From the NCBI RefSeq assembly GCF_009914755.1, contig NC_060931.1: DNA of 64,000 nucleotides; one strand, 5' to 3'. The stretch's first letter is position 1. Each line of letters starts with the position of its first letter. The notes under the pieces are model-generated. The model did no database searches and was not told where the DNA came from. It saw nothing but the letters and a program-made list of their open reading frames with translations. Of this stretch, positions 13,548-27,669 are shown in pieces. Both the position numbers and the translations under genes were made by a program. Origin of the DNA: the human T2T-CHM13v2.0 reference genome, Homo sapiens.

Positions 13548-15715
13548 TTATAAAGGGCTCTAAAAATAAACTTTTATGCAATAATTACCTGGTATTTTAT
13601 TATATGTAACAACCTCATTAGAATATTGAAATGGCAGATCTTAAAATTTCCTTTATCAATAATATTCAAGGAAATATGTACAGATTTTCTAAGCATAACT
13701 TTCTAATTTTAATGGAAACTGCATAAATAAGTAATTAGCTGTCTAATAAAATTAAATGGTTCTGATATTTGTAGCTATAAAGTTGTAGATATGTGAAAGG
13801 ATATTTCTTTGATGGCCTTCATATTAAATGTGCTAAAGACTGAAGCAGTATGACCACTTATTAATCAATTTCTTAGCCAGCGACATAAAAATTTAACATT
13901 ATACAGCCTTTAATGTTTTCTTTGGTTTTGAGTAACTATTATACAAGCTTACTTTGTATATAACCTCAACTCCAATACAGAGCACGATAACTATCCTGAG
14001 AAAAAAAGAAAGGCAGCTGAAAATAAATTATAAAATCTCTGTCCTGAAGCTGGACCATCATCTTATAGAACAGAAGTGTCTGAAGTAGTTTGGACTAAAC
14101 TCATATATGTTCTCCATATACAGAACTGGTCTCTTACCACAGTGAGTTGTACACATACAAAGAAAGCTAGCACTGTTTTATTTCCAGTACACTGGAAATA
14201 GCTTGACAGTTGGATCTTTTTCTTCTGTTAATCTCAGTGTCTGGCATAAGTGTTGCTCATTATTTGAGCAAAAATCCATAAATGATTTTTGAATTTCTAA
14301 TAAATCTGCCAGCATACATTCAATGAACATCAATAATCTCTATTGATGATTTTGTGAAATATCACCTTTGTTACCAATTGGTTCCATATTTGCTTTTCTT
14401 CTTCTTTTTTAGTGTAAAAGTATCAAGAAGTTGTTATCAGTATTAGGCAAAAAGATAAAGATTAACCTGGATTTTCTGAGTAAATGCATAGCCCTGCAAA
14501 TCATAAATTTATACTAGGGAAAGGAAACATAGAGACACTTTAAAAGCATTGATTATGGATACTCAAAAATTTTTAGAAGCAGGGAAAATCTAGTAGGTTT
14601 ACATGGCTGGCAAATTGGATGGTAAAGTAACACTCAAACTATGATTTGTGTATACTTTATTAAAAATCTCCAGAAAAGTTTTAGTACATTTATCTACCAA
14701 ATAAATGAACTAGATTAATTTTTGTTGATACACTCAAATGTGGTGAGGTACTTTAGAATGAATGGCTGTTTCATCGGTCACCTATGGTAACATAATACTT
14801 TGTATTTTCTAAATTTTCTTCCATAAATGTTGAAACTTTATTTTTAAGAATCAGAATTTCCCAGTTATAGTAACTAGGAATCATAAACCAATCTCCAGCT
14901 TGCCAACACTGAATTGTTCAATTTCAAATTGATTTACATTCAGTTTTCCACTCTCAGTGAACTGATATTGAATTAACTAATGGATTACTTATGCCAATTA
15001 AATATGAAAATTTGATTATGATCTTAATTGTTATAAACCAGTATTCTGTGAAGCATAGCAGAAGACATAACCTAACCCCACTTAAAGGACACTATGTTGT
15101 AACTTTACTGAAGCATCAAGAAATTAATCATTTTATTATATCAAACAAACCTTTCTGCTTCCCAAAGAGGTAAGAATCATTTACAATTAATAAAGTTGAG
15201 AAAGTAGGCAAGTCCATTTTTCAGAACCTGATATTCTAGTAATAAGGCAGTGATAATCTAATGAGGTTCTAGTGATGAAATAGGTTGAAGATGTTGGGGG
15301 ACTTTACAGGTGCAATTCCCAGCTGGCAACATAAGAAGAGCAAAGGAAACAATCCTCTCTTGTAACTGCATCTGTTGCTAAATCTTGTTTGTTTCACTTT
15401 TAGAAAAACCAAAAAATCCCTTCCTCAATATTTTTGTTCATATTCTAATCAAGGCCATGATAATCTTTTAGTTTAAATATTAAGTAGCCTATCAGCAAAG
15501 TGAACCTTTGTTGTCAATCCGTCAAAGCAGTTTTCAGTGTTATTCTAGAAAAACCTCAAATAATGTATGATAAGAGTATATGTCACATTAGACACTCTGT
15601 AAAGGCAAAGTTCAGATTCATGGAATTTAGTGAGAGTTGTGATACCAGCAGACCCCATTTCTATCTTCAGCATTTACTGACACTGGTAATACTGGTGATA
15701 AAATTCAATACCCTT

Positions 15716-15945
15716 AGCATAGCACAGAGGGTGAGAGCCAGACTCTGACATTAGGCCTCCTGGGTTAAAATTACGGCACCTTCACTTACTAGCTGGTAAA
15801 CTTGTGGAATCAGTTACCCTCTCAGTTACTCAGTTTCTTAATAGGAGTTATATTATACACTTAATATTGTTTTATTAGATTAAATAAATTAATCCATGGT
15901 AGGCACTTAGAACAGTGCCAGCCATATGGTAGGTACTAAGTAACG
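15716..15945 (+). mobile_element. MIR (MIRb-like)
   Basis: CACTTACTAGCTGG...CTCAGTTTC...GCACTTAGAACAGTGCCAGCCATATGGTAGGTACT. Confidence 0.75.
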
Positions 15946-16274
15946 AAGTATTCAATAAAATAAGAAGTTATTTTCCTCTAAATTGTTAATATTTGTTCTA
16001 CTTTAATTTCTATAAAATAGTTGTTAAATTCTTGGCTCATATGACCATTAATAATCAGTTGTAAGTATTTTAATTTGGAGTTAACATAGCCAGTATTTTA
16101 TCTGTATTTTTAGGCATTTTTGAATTTTAACAAAATGAAATTATAATAATGGCTCTGACTCACCCCTACAGAAGTATAATTTCTTGAACTTTTATGTAAA
16201 TCCAGTTGTCACCTAAATTTGAATATCAGTATTCCTTACAATTTTGGGGGGTGATTCTTTACTTATTTTTCATT

Positions 16275-17150
16275 TATTCGTTGCCAAGTTATAAACCTCA
16301 AAACTTGGTGGCTCAAAACAACAATTTATTATTTCTTATGTTTTCATTTGGCTTGGCAATCTCTCCTGCTAGTCTTTTCTGGAACATTTTGGAAGCTGCA
16401 GTCATCTGACAGCTCAACTGTGGTGGGAGGATCCCAGATGGCCTCACTCACATGTCTACTGCTGCAGGTGTAATTGCTGAAGTTGCTCGAGACTAGCAGG
16501 TTTTCTCTTTCCCTGCTTTCTCTCTTTTTTCTTTTATCATCCAAGTTCTTTTTTCTGTGTGGCCTCTCATCTTCTCAAGGCAGTTTCAGTCATTTCTGCA
16601 CATTTATTCATTAAAACAAGTCACAAGGCCAGCCCAAATTCAAGAGAAGGGGAAATAGGTCCTACCTCTTAATAAGAATGGTAAAGTCCTATTAGAAAGG
16701 AGCGTGGGATGGTTATTACTGCCATTTACAAAACAATCTATCACAGTCTGCCTGTTGTGCAAAGCAATTTGCATCCAATCCATTTGCAAAATACACTCTG
16801 TTCCTTTAGTATACAGTCTCTGGTCACTTTTTATCCAATTATGGCATTAATCTCCATGGTTAGAGTCTTGTGTTCTGAATCAGGTCTGAATGTGGATGAA
16901 CATTCTCAGGTACCATTCCTCCCTGTGGCTCCTCTTGATCTGGAGACTTGTGAATTTAAAAGACACCTTATCTGCCTCTCACGCACCAAACGTACAATGA
17001 GAAACAAAAAGAATATAAGCTCAATAACAATGAATTCAAAAGAAGATGTAATAAAAAGCCTAGAGTAACCACTAGTTCATAGCAATCCTGACATCCACAC
17101 AGGCCATGTTTTCAGGTTTCTCTATTCCAAAAGCAACAGTTTATTTCCTC
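16275..17150 (-). mobile_element. MLT1H/I-like LTR (to ~16745) plus adjoining MLT1 internal sequence
   Basis: AAAACTTGGTGGCTCAAAACAACAATTTATT and CAAGTCACAAGGCCAGCCCAAATTCAAG; then internal-type CTTGATCTGGAGACTTGTGAAT. Confidence 0.65.
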
Positions 17151-17169
17151 CAATCTAGGAAGGCTTTTT

Positions 17170-17540
17170 CCGCCACCAGGGCCCTACACTTGCAGGTCCC
17201 TCTGCCTAAAGAATTCCTCTCAAAGGTCTTCATGTGAATGTTCCTTATCATTCTAGTCTTAGGTCAAATGTTACCTTTGCTTAGAGGCTGACACTGAACT
17301 CTAACTAGAATTGATCTCCCTTTCTCGTATTTCCTTCATGGAACTTACCATATTCTATAATAGTTATCTTCTGTGTTGATTTATTCACTTATATATGAAT
17401 GCTTCTTTCCAATATAATACAGACTCACAAGGGCATAGACTTTGTTTCTTTCTTATTCATACGTTATTCCCCAGGCTTAACACAGAGCCTAGCACTTGAC
17501 AGATGATCAATAAATATTTGCTAAATAAATGAATGAATGA
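17170..17540 (+). mobile_element. L2a 3' end
   Basis: Ends CACAGAGCCTAGCACTTGACAGATGATCAATAAATATTTGCTAAATAAATGAATGAATGA. Confidence 0.8.
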
Positions 17541-17549
17541 GCTCTTATA

Positions 17550-17690
17550 GCCACCTTGTAAAACAGATGCTTCCGTTTTAAATGTAAAGAGATGGAATGA
17601 AGCCCAAACAGGTAAGTAACTTGCCAAAGGTCACACATATCTAGTCAAGAGCAGAACCCAGATTCATCCCAGCAATCATGTTACTCTCAC
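17550..17690 (-). mobile_element. MIR fragment
   Basis: GGTAAGTAACTTGCCAAAGGTCACACA is the MIR core on the reverse strand. Confidence 0.7.
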
Positions 17691-18190
17691 AATTTCCCTT
17701 TCTTTATAAATAGAAAAAAAAAGTACATGTCCTTCAGAAGGTTGACATTGTTTCAGAATCTTCTCTTCTTGTATCACTTCACCATTTCATGTAACATCAG
17801 GTCACATTATATCAGACAACTCAAGAAGAATGCCAGTGACTTTCACCTTGTCTTCCTTTCTGTTTATAACTTTTGCGGACACCATGTATTCTTTAATAAG
17901 TAAGCAAATGAAAACTGGCAGATGGACCTACCCCATGATGAGGAAAAAGAGTGAACACATGTTCTCTGCCTAACTTCCAATGGATCAGAGTCAGTTCATG
18001 TTGCCCTCCTGGAAAGAGTATCTTTCTTTATTATTTCTGTTTATCCTTAGAGAATGTTTACTCATTTATGTAACATCTCTATTTCGATTTCCCAGCCTAT
18101 GCAGCCACAAGGTATAAAGAATAAGGACAATTTTAAATGTAAAAACAAAATTTTATATTAGTTTCTCCTTACAGGGGCATTACTGTTTAA

Positions 18191-18532
<342 letters not shown>

Positions 18533-18607
18533 AAAAAAATATTTTAAAAACTAAAATTCTATCTTTCCAGGATTATCTGTTCAAGTGAGGCAAATAACCT
18601 CACTTAA

Positions 18608-18611
<4 letters not shown>

Positions 18612-18646
<35 letters not shown>
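18612..18646. repeat. (CA)n microsatellite
   Basis: About 17 perfect AC units. Confidence 0.95.
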
Positions 18647-18650
<4 letters not shown>

Positions 18651-19574
18651 GAGGCATGCACATACTCCTATGGATGCAAAAAGGAGAATCCAAATGTATT
18701 CAAATCTATTCTAATCATTAATAAGTACGAATGAGTACCTACTATTATACCAGCACTGATCTTGGTGATTCTTATTGTTTACTTAACCTTGAAACAAATC
18801 CCCCAGATAGATGTTTGCGGTCCTGTTTCCCAAATGAGGACTCTGTGTCTCAAGGGCTGATAAATAGTAGCTATTCCAACCCAGTTTTGTATTTTTCTGT
18901 TGTATACATATACCAGCTCCAGTATAGGAGATCAAACCTTTGTTCTTTCTTTGCAATGTGTTTGTTTTTTTCTATTCCTCCTCCTCCTTCCTTCCTTCCT
19001 CTTCATTGTCCTCCACCTCTTCCTTCTTCTTCTTCACTTTATTTTTTCTTTCTTTGTTTTTTTGTCTCCCTGAAGAAAGCAGTGACAAAGTCCACTCTCC
19101 TTAAACCATGCTAAACATGCTTACCCTAAAGGTAATTATTAATTAGATAATAAAGTCGTTTGACAAATGCTTGCTGTAACTATCAATAGCTAAACTTCTA
19201 TTAGATCACTGAAACACTAAACATACAATTTAACAGAAATAACAGATCTTATTGTTCTGCTTCATCTAAATACTGGAAGAATTTTCACCATTAATAAAAA
19301 CCGCATAGTACCAGATAGGATGGTTTTAGCAGAAATTCACAGAATTACCAACTTAAATTGCTTTTTTAAATGAAAGGAAATATCCTATTACATACCAGAA
19401 TGTCCAGAGAATGGTTTGTAATGGAGCTACAGGTATTATGCAATCAGCTGCTCAAAGATGTTACTAAGAAACATTGGAAAATTATTTGCTTTGACTTTAA
19501 TTGAATGTTATAATTTAGTTTGAGTAATTTCTATGTGGTATAAATGACCACACATTTAGGAAGTATATACATTC

Positions 19575-20120
19575 TTAGCTATATCACTGAGTACTTGCAT
19601 GACATTGGGAAATTTGCATTAACTTTCTGCCTATTACTTTCCTCATCTCTAAAAACTAACAGTACCTACTATATTAGTCCATTCTCACACTGCTGTGAAG
19701 AAATATCTGAGACTGGGTAATTTATAAAGAAAAGAGGTTTCATTGACTCATAGTTCCACAAGGCTGGGGAGGCCTCAGGAAACTTACAATCATGGTGGAA
19801 GGGGAAGCAAACACATCCTTCTTCACATGGTGGCAGGAGAGAGATGAGTGCCAGCAGGGGAAATGGCAGATGCTTATAAAACCATCAGATCGTGTGAGAC
19901 TCACTCTTTATCACGAGAACAGCATGGAAGTAACTTTCCCCATGATTCACTTACTTTTCACCGGGTCCCTCCCACAACACATGGGTATTACAAGAACTAT
20001 AATTCAAGATGAGATTTGGGTGGGGACACAGCCAAACCATATCACCTACCTTAGAGATTATTATGAGTAATTTATAAGATGATTCATAAAGAGTATCACA
20101 GTTTCTGGGAAATTATCAAC
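19575..20120 (+). mobile_element. MIR split by a THE1 insertion
   Basis: Flanks rejoin as TTTCCTCATCTCTAAAA..CAGTACCTAC|CTTAGAGATTATTATGAG, the MIR core. Confidence 0.6.
19670..20044 (-). mobile_element. THE1C/D solo LTR
   Basis: TATATTAGTCCATTCTCAC...GGGGACACAGCCAAACCATATCA; TSD CCTAC (19665-19669 and 20045-20049). Confidence 0.92.
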
Positions 20121-21975
20121 AGAAAATAGATGAGAATTATTCTCATAATGACTACCAATTCAGTTTCCAAAAAAACTTTGTTGCTGTATGTTTTACACAT
20201 GTAAAACTTACCTATCTCAAATGATTCCATGATTTTAATAACAACATTGAGTGAGTGCAACAATCATCACAATTTATTCAGTTTTAACATTTTTATCTGA
20301 AAGTTTTTACTCACTTAAAAAATATATAAAATAAAAAGATTGCCAATATTAAATAAAATTTAATGTATATGTATGTTTATATATAATTAAATCAATAGAT
20401 ACAAAACACACATAACTATTACCCAGTACCTAGAAATAATTAGGTAAAGTTTAGTCTTACTCTGTTATATTTAAATCGAATTTGTGAAACAATCACTGAT
20501 TTCTTCAATAATTTAGGAATTAATATTTATTTCATAAAATTATAAATGTAATTTTCACAAATATATTGAAAATTGTGTGTGTGTGTGTGTGTGCATTTGT
20601 ATGTATTTGCAGCAACAGCAACCAACATTTCTTTTCAAAGTGAATTAATATATTTCACATAGAAGATGCCAGGCTTTGATTCTTTTCATGGCAGAGAAGC
20701 CTCAAAATTATTATTTTCCCTTGCTTACCTGTATATCCTTATCTATTGATAGTCAAAAACATAAAGAATTCTGAGAAGCAGGAATAGAAATAGAGAAGAA
20801 GTTTACATTTTAAGTTAAATATACACATGCATTATTCATTATATATTATGATCATATTAATATATGCAGTATGGTATGTACATATTATATGTGTGTGTGT
20901 ATATATATATAAATATATATATTATATATATATAAAACCATTATTTGGAAAATTAAGAAAAAAAACTGGAAAAGTATTCATTCAGGACCCCAAATTTACA
21001 AAATCCTCTTTAAAGTACAGCTGTTTACTCTGTTTTTCAAGGTTAATAATTCTTACTATTCTATGAGACATGATTGATCTTTGATAGCATTATTATTGGT
21101 ACAAAAACATTGAAGAAACTACATTCAGTGTCTTGTTTCCAGTAAATAATACAACATTAAGTCCTGAAAGATATTAAATATAATAGTAAAACAAGTGGAA
21201 ATTTAACACACACCACTATTTTCTCCTGGTGCTATGGTCAGAGTCACTGGTCATATTTCAAATCATCTTGCTCCAGCAAAGATTCTAATTATAACTTCCA
21301 GTATGTAAAGTAAATACTAATTACATGCTAAGGGCCAAGGTCTGCCCTTGAATTTAAACAAATAATTTACAGTTACTTCAATTAAACCTGAATATCTAAC
21401 AGATTTATTACCAAAAAATTTTAATGTAGAGGACCATACACACATAAAATGATGTAATTGTCGAGGGAAATAAAACATTTAGCTAAGTACAATTTGAACT
21501 AGGCAATAGATGTCACCAAAAACTATTCCATGAGCATCTTTCTATTTTATACTGAGCCTCTCAAAGGCAAATGGAATTTATTATAGAGGTCAAAAATATC
21601 ATAAATATCAACATTTTTTGTTTTGGAAATATTTTCCTTTTTTTTGTTTCCTGTCTTGAGATTCCTTCAAAATTCCTTTAGAGTAAGAGATGAATCCCAT
21701 GAAGAGAAAGGGTAGAAAGATTTTACCAAGGGAAATTCGTGTCTTCATTGGAAATTTTAGCCAACTATATTTTGGGGGAGATGTAACAACAAATATCTTG
21801 CAATTTTAGCAAATAAAGTTTAAGTAACTGCCTGTTGATGGTAGTCTCCTGGAAAGAAATTTATGTAAGAAAACAGGTTTTTGTTTTGTGTTGTTCTTGT
21901 ATACAAAAGTTTCACATAGAATGAAAGATTCTCTCTTTTTCCCACAAAATTTATGAGTTTGAAAAGAGATAGAGA

Positions 21976-22473
21976 TTCAAGAGAAGTAAAAACATATGCA
22001 TACACAAAAACATGTATACTAATGCTCATAGCAGCATTAATCACAATAGCCAAAATGTGGAAACAACCCAAATGTTTACCAACTGATGAATGAATGAGCA
22101 AATGTGGCTTATCCATACAATGGAATATTATTTGGCCATGGAAAGGAATGAAGTTCTAATACATGCTATCTTGACATCATTAGTCTAAGTAAAAGACCAG
22201 TTTCAAAAGTCCACATATAGGATTGCATTAATATGAATGTTAAGTATAGAGAATCTATAGAGACAGAAAGTAGAAAGCAGGTTGGTTGTTGCTTAGGGTT
22301 GGTGGATGAGGATGGGCAATAAGGGATGGGGTTTCTTTTTAAGGTAACAAAAATAAATTTGACTGTGGTGGTGATCATACATATCTGTGAATATACTAAA
22401 AACCATTAAATTAATTTTAAACAGATGAATTCCATGTTATATGAATAATATCTCAATAGAGCTGTTAAAAAAT
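21976..22473 (+). mobile_element. L1MB-type 3' end
   Basis: CACAATAGCCAAAATGTGGAAACAACCCAAATG...ATCCATACAATGGAATATT...TCTCAATAGAGCTGTTAAAAAA. Confidence 0.8.
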
Positions 22474-24068
22474 ATTTAAAAGAATAAGAAAAAAAGGTTA
22501 CATAACAGCAGTATAATCCAAGTCTGATTTATAGGAATGTCTCAGAGGATTGAATGAATGTTGCACTAGAGATTGTACGTGTGTGTGTCTGTGTGTGCAT
22601 GTGTGTCCGTGCACACACACACGTGTTTAATTTAGCTGTTGTTTTCCAGAAGTCTAATACTTTGAATTATTGTTATTAATATAGAGTTTCGTTTTATAGC
22701 CCTTTATTTTTAGACTAGAATCCATTGAAAAATGACTTTGATGTTGAATTACATTAAAATGGCCTAAAATTGCTTTTTATATATAAATATTATTTGTCAA
22801 CATGTTCTGCATTCCATGTAATAAATTATCAGAATCTGATGCTCTGATCAGTTAGACTACACCATGCTATTTAAAGCTTGAAGCACAATTTTTTTAATTT
22901 AGTATAATTTTAAACATTACAAAAATAGTTATCTTGCAGCTCCTCTGCTGTGTCTTAGATTGTTGCCAAAGTTTTTTGTAATATGTTATCACTAGAGTAA
23001 CATCCTCCTATAAATATTGCATCCTTGATTCTAATGTCACCCAAAATAGCGATGTGGTATAAAGAATACAGAAAAAAGAAATGTAAAGAGAGAACTGTGA
23101 TTTAATTTTATTTTTCTTTATTTTATAGTCATTACAGCTTCCATATCATCATGCTTTCTCACTTATCTGTATATTTTCCAAATATGAAAGTCTCCCTTGG
23201 GTCTCAGGATATTTTTTTTCAAGCCCAGAACAATTTTCCATATAACATTCAGCTCAGTTGAATGATTGATACATGAAAAGAAAGGCATTGAACTTTGTGG
23301 AATACTTTGTAAAAAACCCACTAAGTCTCAACTGCTTGCAGAGTTCTCATTTCAGTGACCCATCCTATGAAGCAATTTCTCCATTGTGTAAGTTTTAAAG
23401 ACAGAAATCAAAAATGTTGTGGGTATAATCTGAATCTTGACATGAATTCTAAAAATAATGGAGTTGACATAGTTTGCTTTACTTTTTATTTACTCTGAAA
23501 TGTTGATCTTTTATGTATTTATTAGGAGGAAAATTTCTTCCATATGTGACTAATTGTCAATTGTGTTTTATTCATCAAACTATATTTGAGAGAATCTTGA
23601 GGTTCTAATTCAAATAGCTTTTGAAATAGACTTTGTAAGTTGTTTTTCAATAAGCTACTAAAATATTGTTTTTGAAAAAGAGGAAGTCATTATTCTAAGC
23701 CCATAGTAACAAAAGACCCAGCAGACTCAAGTTATATTTTAAATATTAAACACCAAATGCTCAGTAATTTTTACGTCTAATAAAACAAATTTGAGCATCT
23801 CATTCTAACAGTCTGCCTGTATATGGAACAGATCTAAGCACATGTGGCTATGGTAGCTGTCAACTTTGTATGACAAGAAGAGTTCCACGGTGACAACAGG
23901 CTGACTCCTAATTCCAAGATAATAACCCACTCTTTGTATCAGCTTGATTATGGCGGATACATAGGCCAAAAATATTGGGAGATTTTTGTAGCCCCCAACA
24001 ACTCATCAGCAAAATTAACTGAAATCATACATCCAGAAATTAATTCTCAAATAACATCATTATTCATT

Positions 24069-24617
24069 TGTTACCTGGTGTATTGCCTATGTAACATAGC
24101 TGAATTTCTAGCCCACCCTAACTCTGCTTTTCTTTAAAAACAGGATGCCTCCTATAAAATGTTCCCTTTGTAAAAATCAGACCAGCTGAGATTGGTTAGA
24201 ACGAAGACAGCCAAAGAAAGGACTGCAAAAAGACTTCCGGCTTCATTATAATCTCATTTCCATGCTAAATGACACTCTTGCCAGTGCTGCCTTGACAATC
24301 ACTATGATAATGACCAGAAGAAGTCATAAAAAGACAAAAAGAAAGGTGGCACTACTGGCTTTGGAAAGTTCACTGCCTGTCCCAGGAAACATGTAAATAT
24401 TCCTGCCCTCACTTCTAAGGTCCAACCCCTTCATTAGAGAAACCCTATATTTTAAACCTCTCACCCCTTGGTTTGTCAGCCATGTTACTGCTTCTCAGTT
24501 CCATGGCCATCAGATAAAGCCTGTACTACTTGATGCTCATTTTTGGTTTTGCATTTTGGCTTCATGTCATGGAAAAGGAAAATACCCTATTTTGCTGAAT
24601 CAGCTTTGTCAGTAACA
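24069..24617 (+). mobile_element. ERV solo LTR (LTR47-like as recalled)
   Basis: Inverted termini TGTTAC...GTAACA; internal CATTATAATCTCATTTCCATGCTAAATGACACTC, TATA-like CCCTATATTTTAA and polyA-like GATAAAG. Confidence 0.65.
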
Positions 24618-25476
24618 AATTTATAACATTAGATTGAATCCTATGATCAATTGTATGCTGTTTGAAGCTCTATACCACCACACTTCTAAACCTTATGAAG
24701 CAAAACAACAAAAGAATGGCAATACTTAAAATGTAGGAATTGAAGGCATGGGGACAGGGGAGAATTAAGGGAGAGAGAGGGTAGTGTTGAAAACAAGTTT
24801 GTGATTTCAAATAAACTCAATTGTAGGCATAGAAATAATCTAGCATCACAAAGTTATAGATATATTACCCACTGGAGAATATCTGATAATTAATAGCTTA
24901 CCGATAAAAGTAAAGAAGAATGTTTCTTGGTTATGGATATAATTCATCTCTGAAGGATCGAATCTAATCTTGCACATAAAAGCAGCAAATCCAGTTTCCT
25001 ATATTTGCTCATACCATATTCTACTTTCTTGCTCAAACGATTATCCCCATACATCTTAAGGGTCTTAAATCTCATGGCATTAAAGTAGGGTTTTTTTTCT
25101 TTTCTTTTCTTTTTGTCTTTTTTTTTTTTTTTTTTTTTGGTTGGTTAGTTTGTTCTTTCTTTTGGGACCTTGCTATTTTATATCTTCTACCATCTACTAA
25201 CTTTAGCTACCTGGAACTCTCATCTCCAAATATCCCTCAGTTCCAGTAACAGATATTTCCTCTGCATTTCTGCATTCCATAGAACCTACACTGGAGAGGC
25301 ACCCTGGCACCCCCTTGTGAGCATGGAATTGAACATGGTTTCTAAAATCTACCATGACTTTCCCATGTTAGTATCAATATCTCAAGGCTTAACTTAATTC
25401 CAATAGCTACCTCCAACATTTACTTCCAGAATATTTAAATAAATATCTAAAGTATGGGGAAAATACTAATGCTATT

Positions 25477-25846
25477 TGTATTAGTCCATTTTCATGCTGC
25501 TGATAACAACTTACCCAAGACTGGATAATTTACAAAAGAAAGAGGTTTAATGGAGAACTCACAGTTCCACGCGGCTGGGTAAGCCTCACAATCGTGGTGG
25601 AAGGCAAGGAGGAAGTCACATCTTATGTGGATAGTGGCAGGCAAAGAGAGAGAGCTTGTGCAGAGAAACTCTTGTTTTTAAAACCATCACATCTTGTGAG
25701 ACTTATTCACTATCGCAAGAACAGCACAGAAAAGACCTGCCTCATGATTCAATTACGTCCTACCAGGTTTCTCCGATAACATGTGGGAATTGTGGAAAGT
25801 ACAATTCAAGATGAGATTTGGGTGGGGACACAGCCAAGCCATATCA
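25477..25846 (-). mobile_element. THE1B solo LTR
   Basis: TGTATTAGTCCATTTTCATGCTGCTGATAA...CAGCCAAGCCATATCA; TSD CTATT (25472-25476 and 25847-25851). Confidence 0.93.
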
Positions 25847-26046
25847 CTATTGAAATTATGTTTAAGTTTCCTTGCATGTTTTTGAAGAGTGACACTTCAC
25901 AAAATTAGTTTGTATTTAGGAAAACTGTATCTTCCAGAGTTACTGTTTAGAGATGTGAAAATGTTGAAATTGCAAAATATGAATTATGGAAATTTAAGAT
26001 ACATTTTTTGGATATAACTTTTTTTCTCCACATTATATGCAGTAAT

Positions 26047-26620
26047 TGCATCTTAGCCCAGTTTCCCCAAATCCTGAGGCAAAAATCAAATACTTTTATG
26101 GAGAATTTGTAACCCCAGAGAAACAAAGATGGAAGAAAAGGGAAATGAAGAAAAACAAAAAATGAAACATCAAGAAGCTGACACAGCTTCCACAGAAAGC
26201 ACAGTTGGCTGCTCCATTACACTGACGTCTACAGTAAGGTGGTATGGAAAAGCTGCTGATTCTCATAATTCTCTGTTAGGCAAGAAAGAGGGAGCATATA
26301 TTTAACTCACCTTTCTATTGCTGGTCTTTCACTGATGAAAGTTGTCACTGGGGTGTTAACTCACCCACACCCTCCATTATGTTACCTGGCTTCTTTGAGC
26401 TGTGGAGGCAACATCCATTGAGAACCACAGTACCATCTTCTTTGATGTGAGTCTTACTTCTGCAGGATGTCCCAGCAAGTGGCCATGAACCAGAAACCCT
26501 ACTAGCCTAACTGAAGATCGAAATTTTGAATTAATGGCAAAGTACTGTGGCTAAAGGCAAGACAGTATGAGGTCATGATTTGAGAGACCTAGAGCAGCTG
26601 CTGAAGCATGCCCAATAGAC
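26047..26620 (-). mobile_element. Old ERVL LTR (LTR16/33/41-like)
   Basis: TCTTAGCCCAGTTTCCCC..CCTGAGGCAA..AACCCCAGAG resembles the reversed ERVL LTR terminus; the right boundary is uncertain. Confidence 0.4.
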
Positions 26621-27634
26621 TAAGCAGGCAAGATATGGTCTCCTCCATGAAGATGATCATGCTTTTCAATGAGTTTCTCTAACAAAGATCAACAAATACC
26701 AGTACCTCTTCTCTATGGACTACAAGAAAGTGGTTTATCCCAAGTGAACTTCCTAGAAGGCCATCAGTAGAACTTTGCAGAAAAACATTGCCAAAAATAT
26801 GAGATTCATAGAGATCTTTTAGGAAAAATATTAGAAACAAAATATAAGGAATAAAAATATTTACATCAATTATATTCTTTAAATGAAAAGAAGAAAAAGC
26901 TCAAATCATCAACTTAAGTTTAGAATGTAAGAAAGTAGAAAAAGAAGAAAAATTAAAGTTAGCAGAAGGAAGAAAAAAATAATAAATTATAAAAAATAAA
27001 AAAATAAAGAATAGAGCAGAGATTCTTAAAAACAGAGAGTAGAAAAACAATAGAGAAAATCAATGAATCCAAAAGTTGGTTCTTTAAAAATATTAACAAA
27101 ACTGATGAACTTTTAACTAGGTGAACCGCAAAAAAAGATAGAGATACAAATTGGTAAAATAAGAAATTAAACTGTGTGTGTGGGGAGCATTGCTATTGAC
27201 TCTACAGAGCACTGTGAAAAATTGTACAATTTGTATAGTACAAATTATATCCAAACTGGATAACTTGGATGAAATAAATTTCTAGGAAAACAAAACCTGT
27301 GAAGATTAAATTATGAAGTAATAGAAAATCTATTTAGAATTATGACTAGCAAAGAGATTAAGTCAGTAATCAAAAATCTCTTAACAAAGAAAAGCTTTGA
27401 TGTGACAGCTTCACACGCAAATTATACCAAACATTTAAAAAACTAACACAAATTCTTCTCAAACTTTTCCAAAAAAAATTAAGAGAAGGAAATACTTCTT
27501 AAGTAATTCTATGAGGCTAGCACTACCCTGATACCAAAGCCAGAAAAAGATATTATAAGCAAAGGAAACTACAGACCAGTATCTATTAAGCACACTGATG
27601 CAAAAAAAAAAAATCCTCATTAAAATAATTCAGC

Positions 27635-27636
<2 letters not shown>

Positions 27637-27669
<33 letters not shown>

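Noticed and set aside
14179-14200. 10-bp-arm palindrome TATTTCCAGT-AC-ACTGGAAATA (and short palindromes at 55353-55378)
   Set aside because: Too short for a miRNA or MITE, and a few such palindromes are plausible by chance in 64 kb of AT-rich DNA.
16164-16212. Minus-strand micro-exon candidate (similar case at 58829-58878)
   Set aside because: Good donors, but the acceptors lack a pyrimidine tract.
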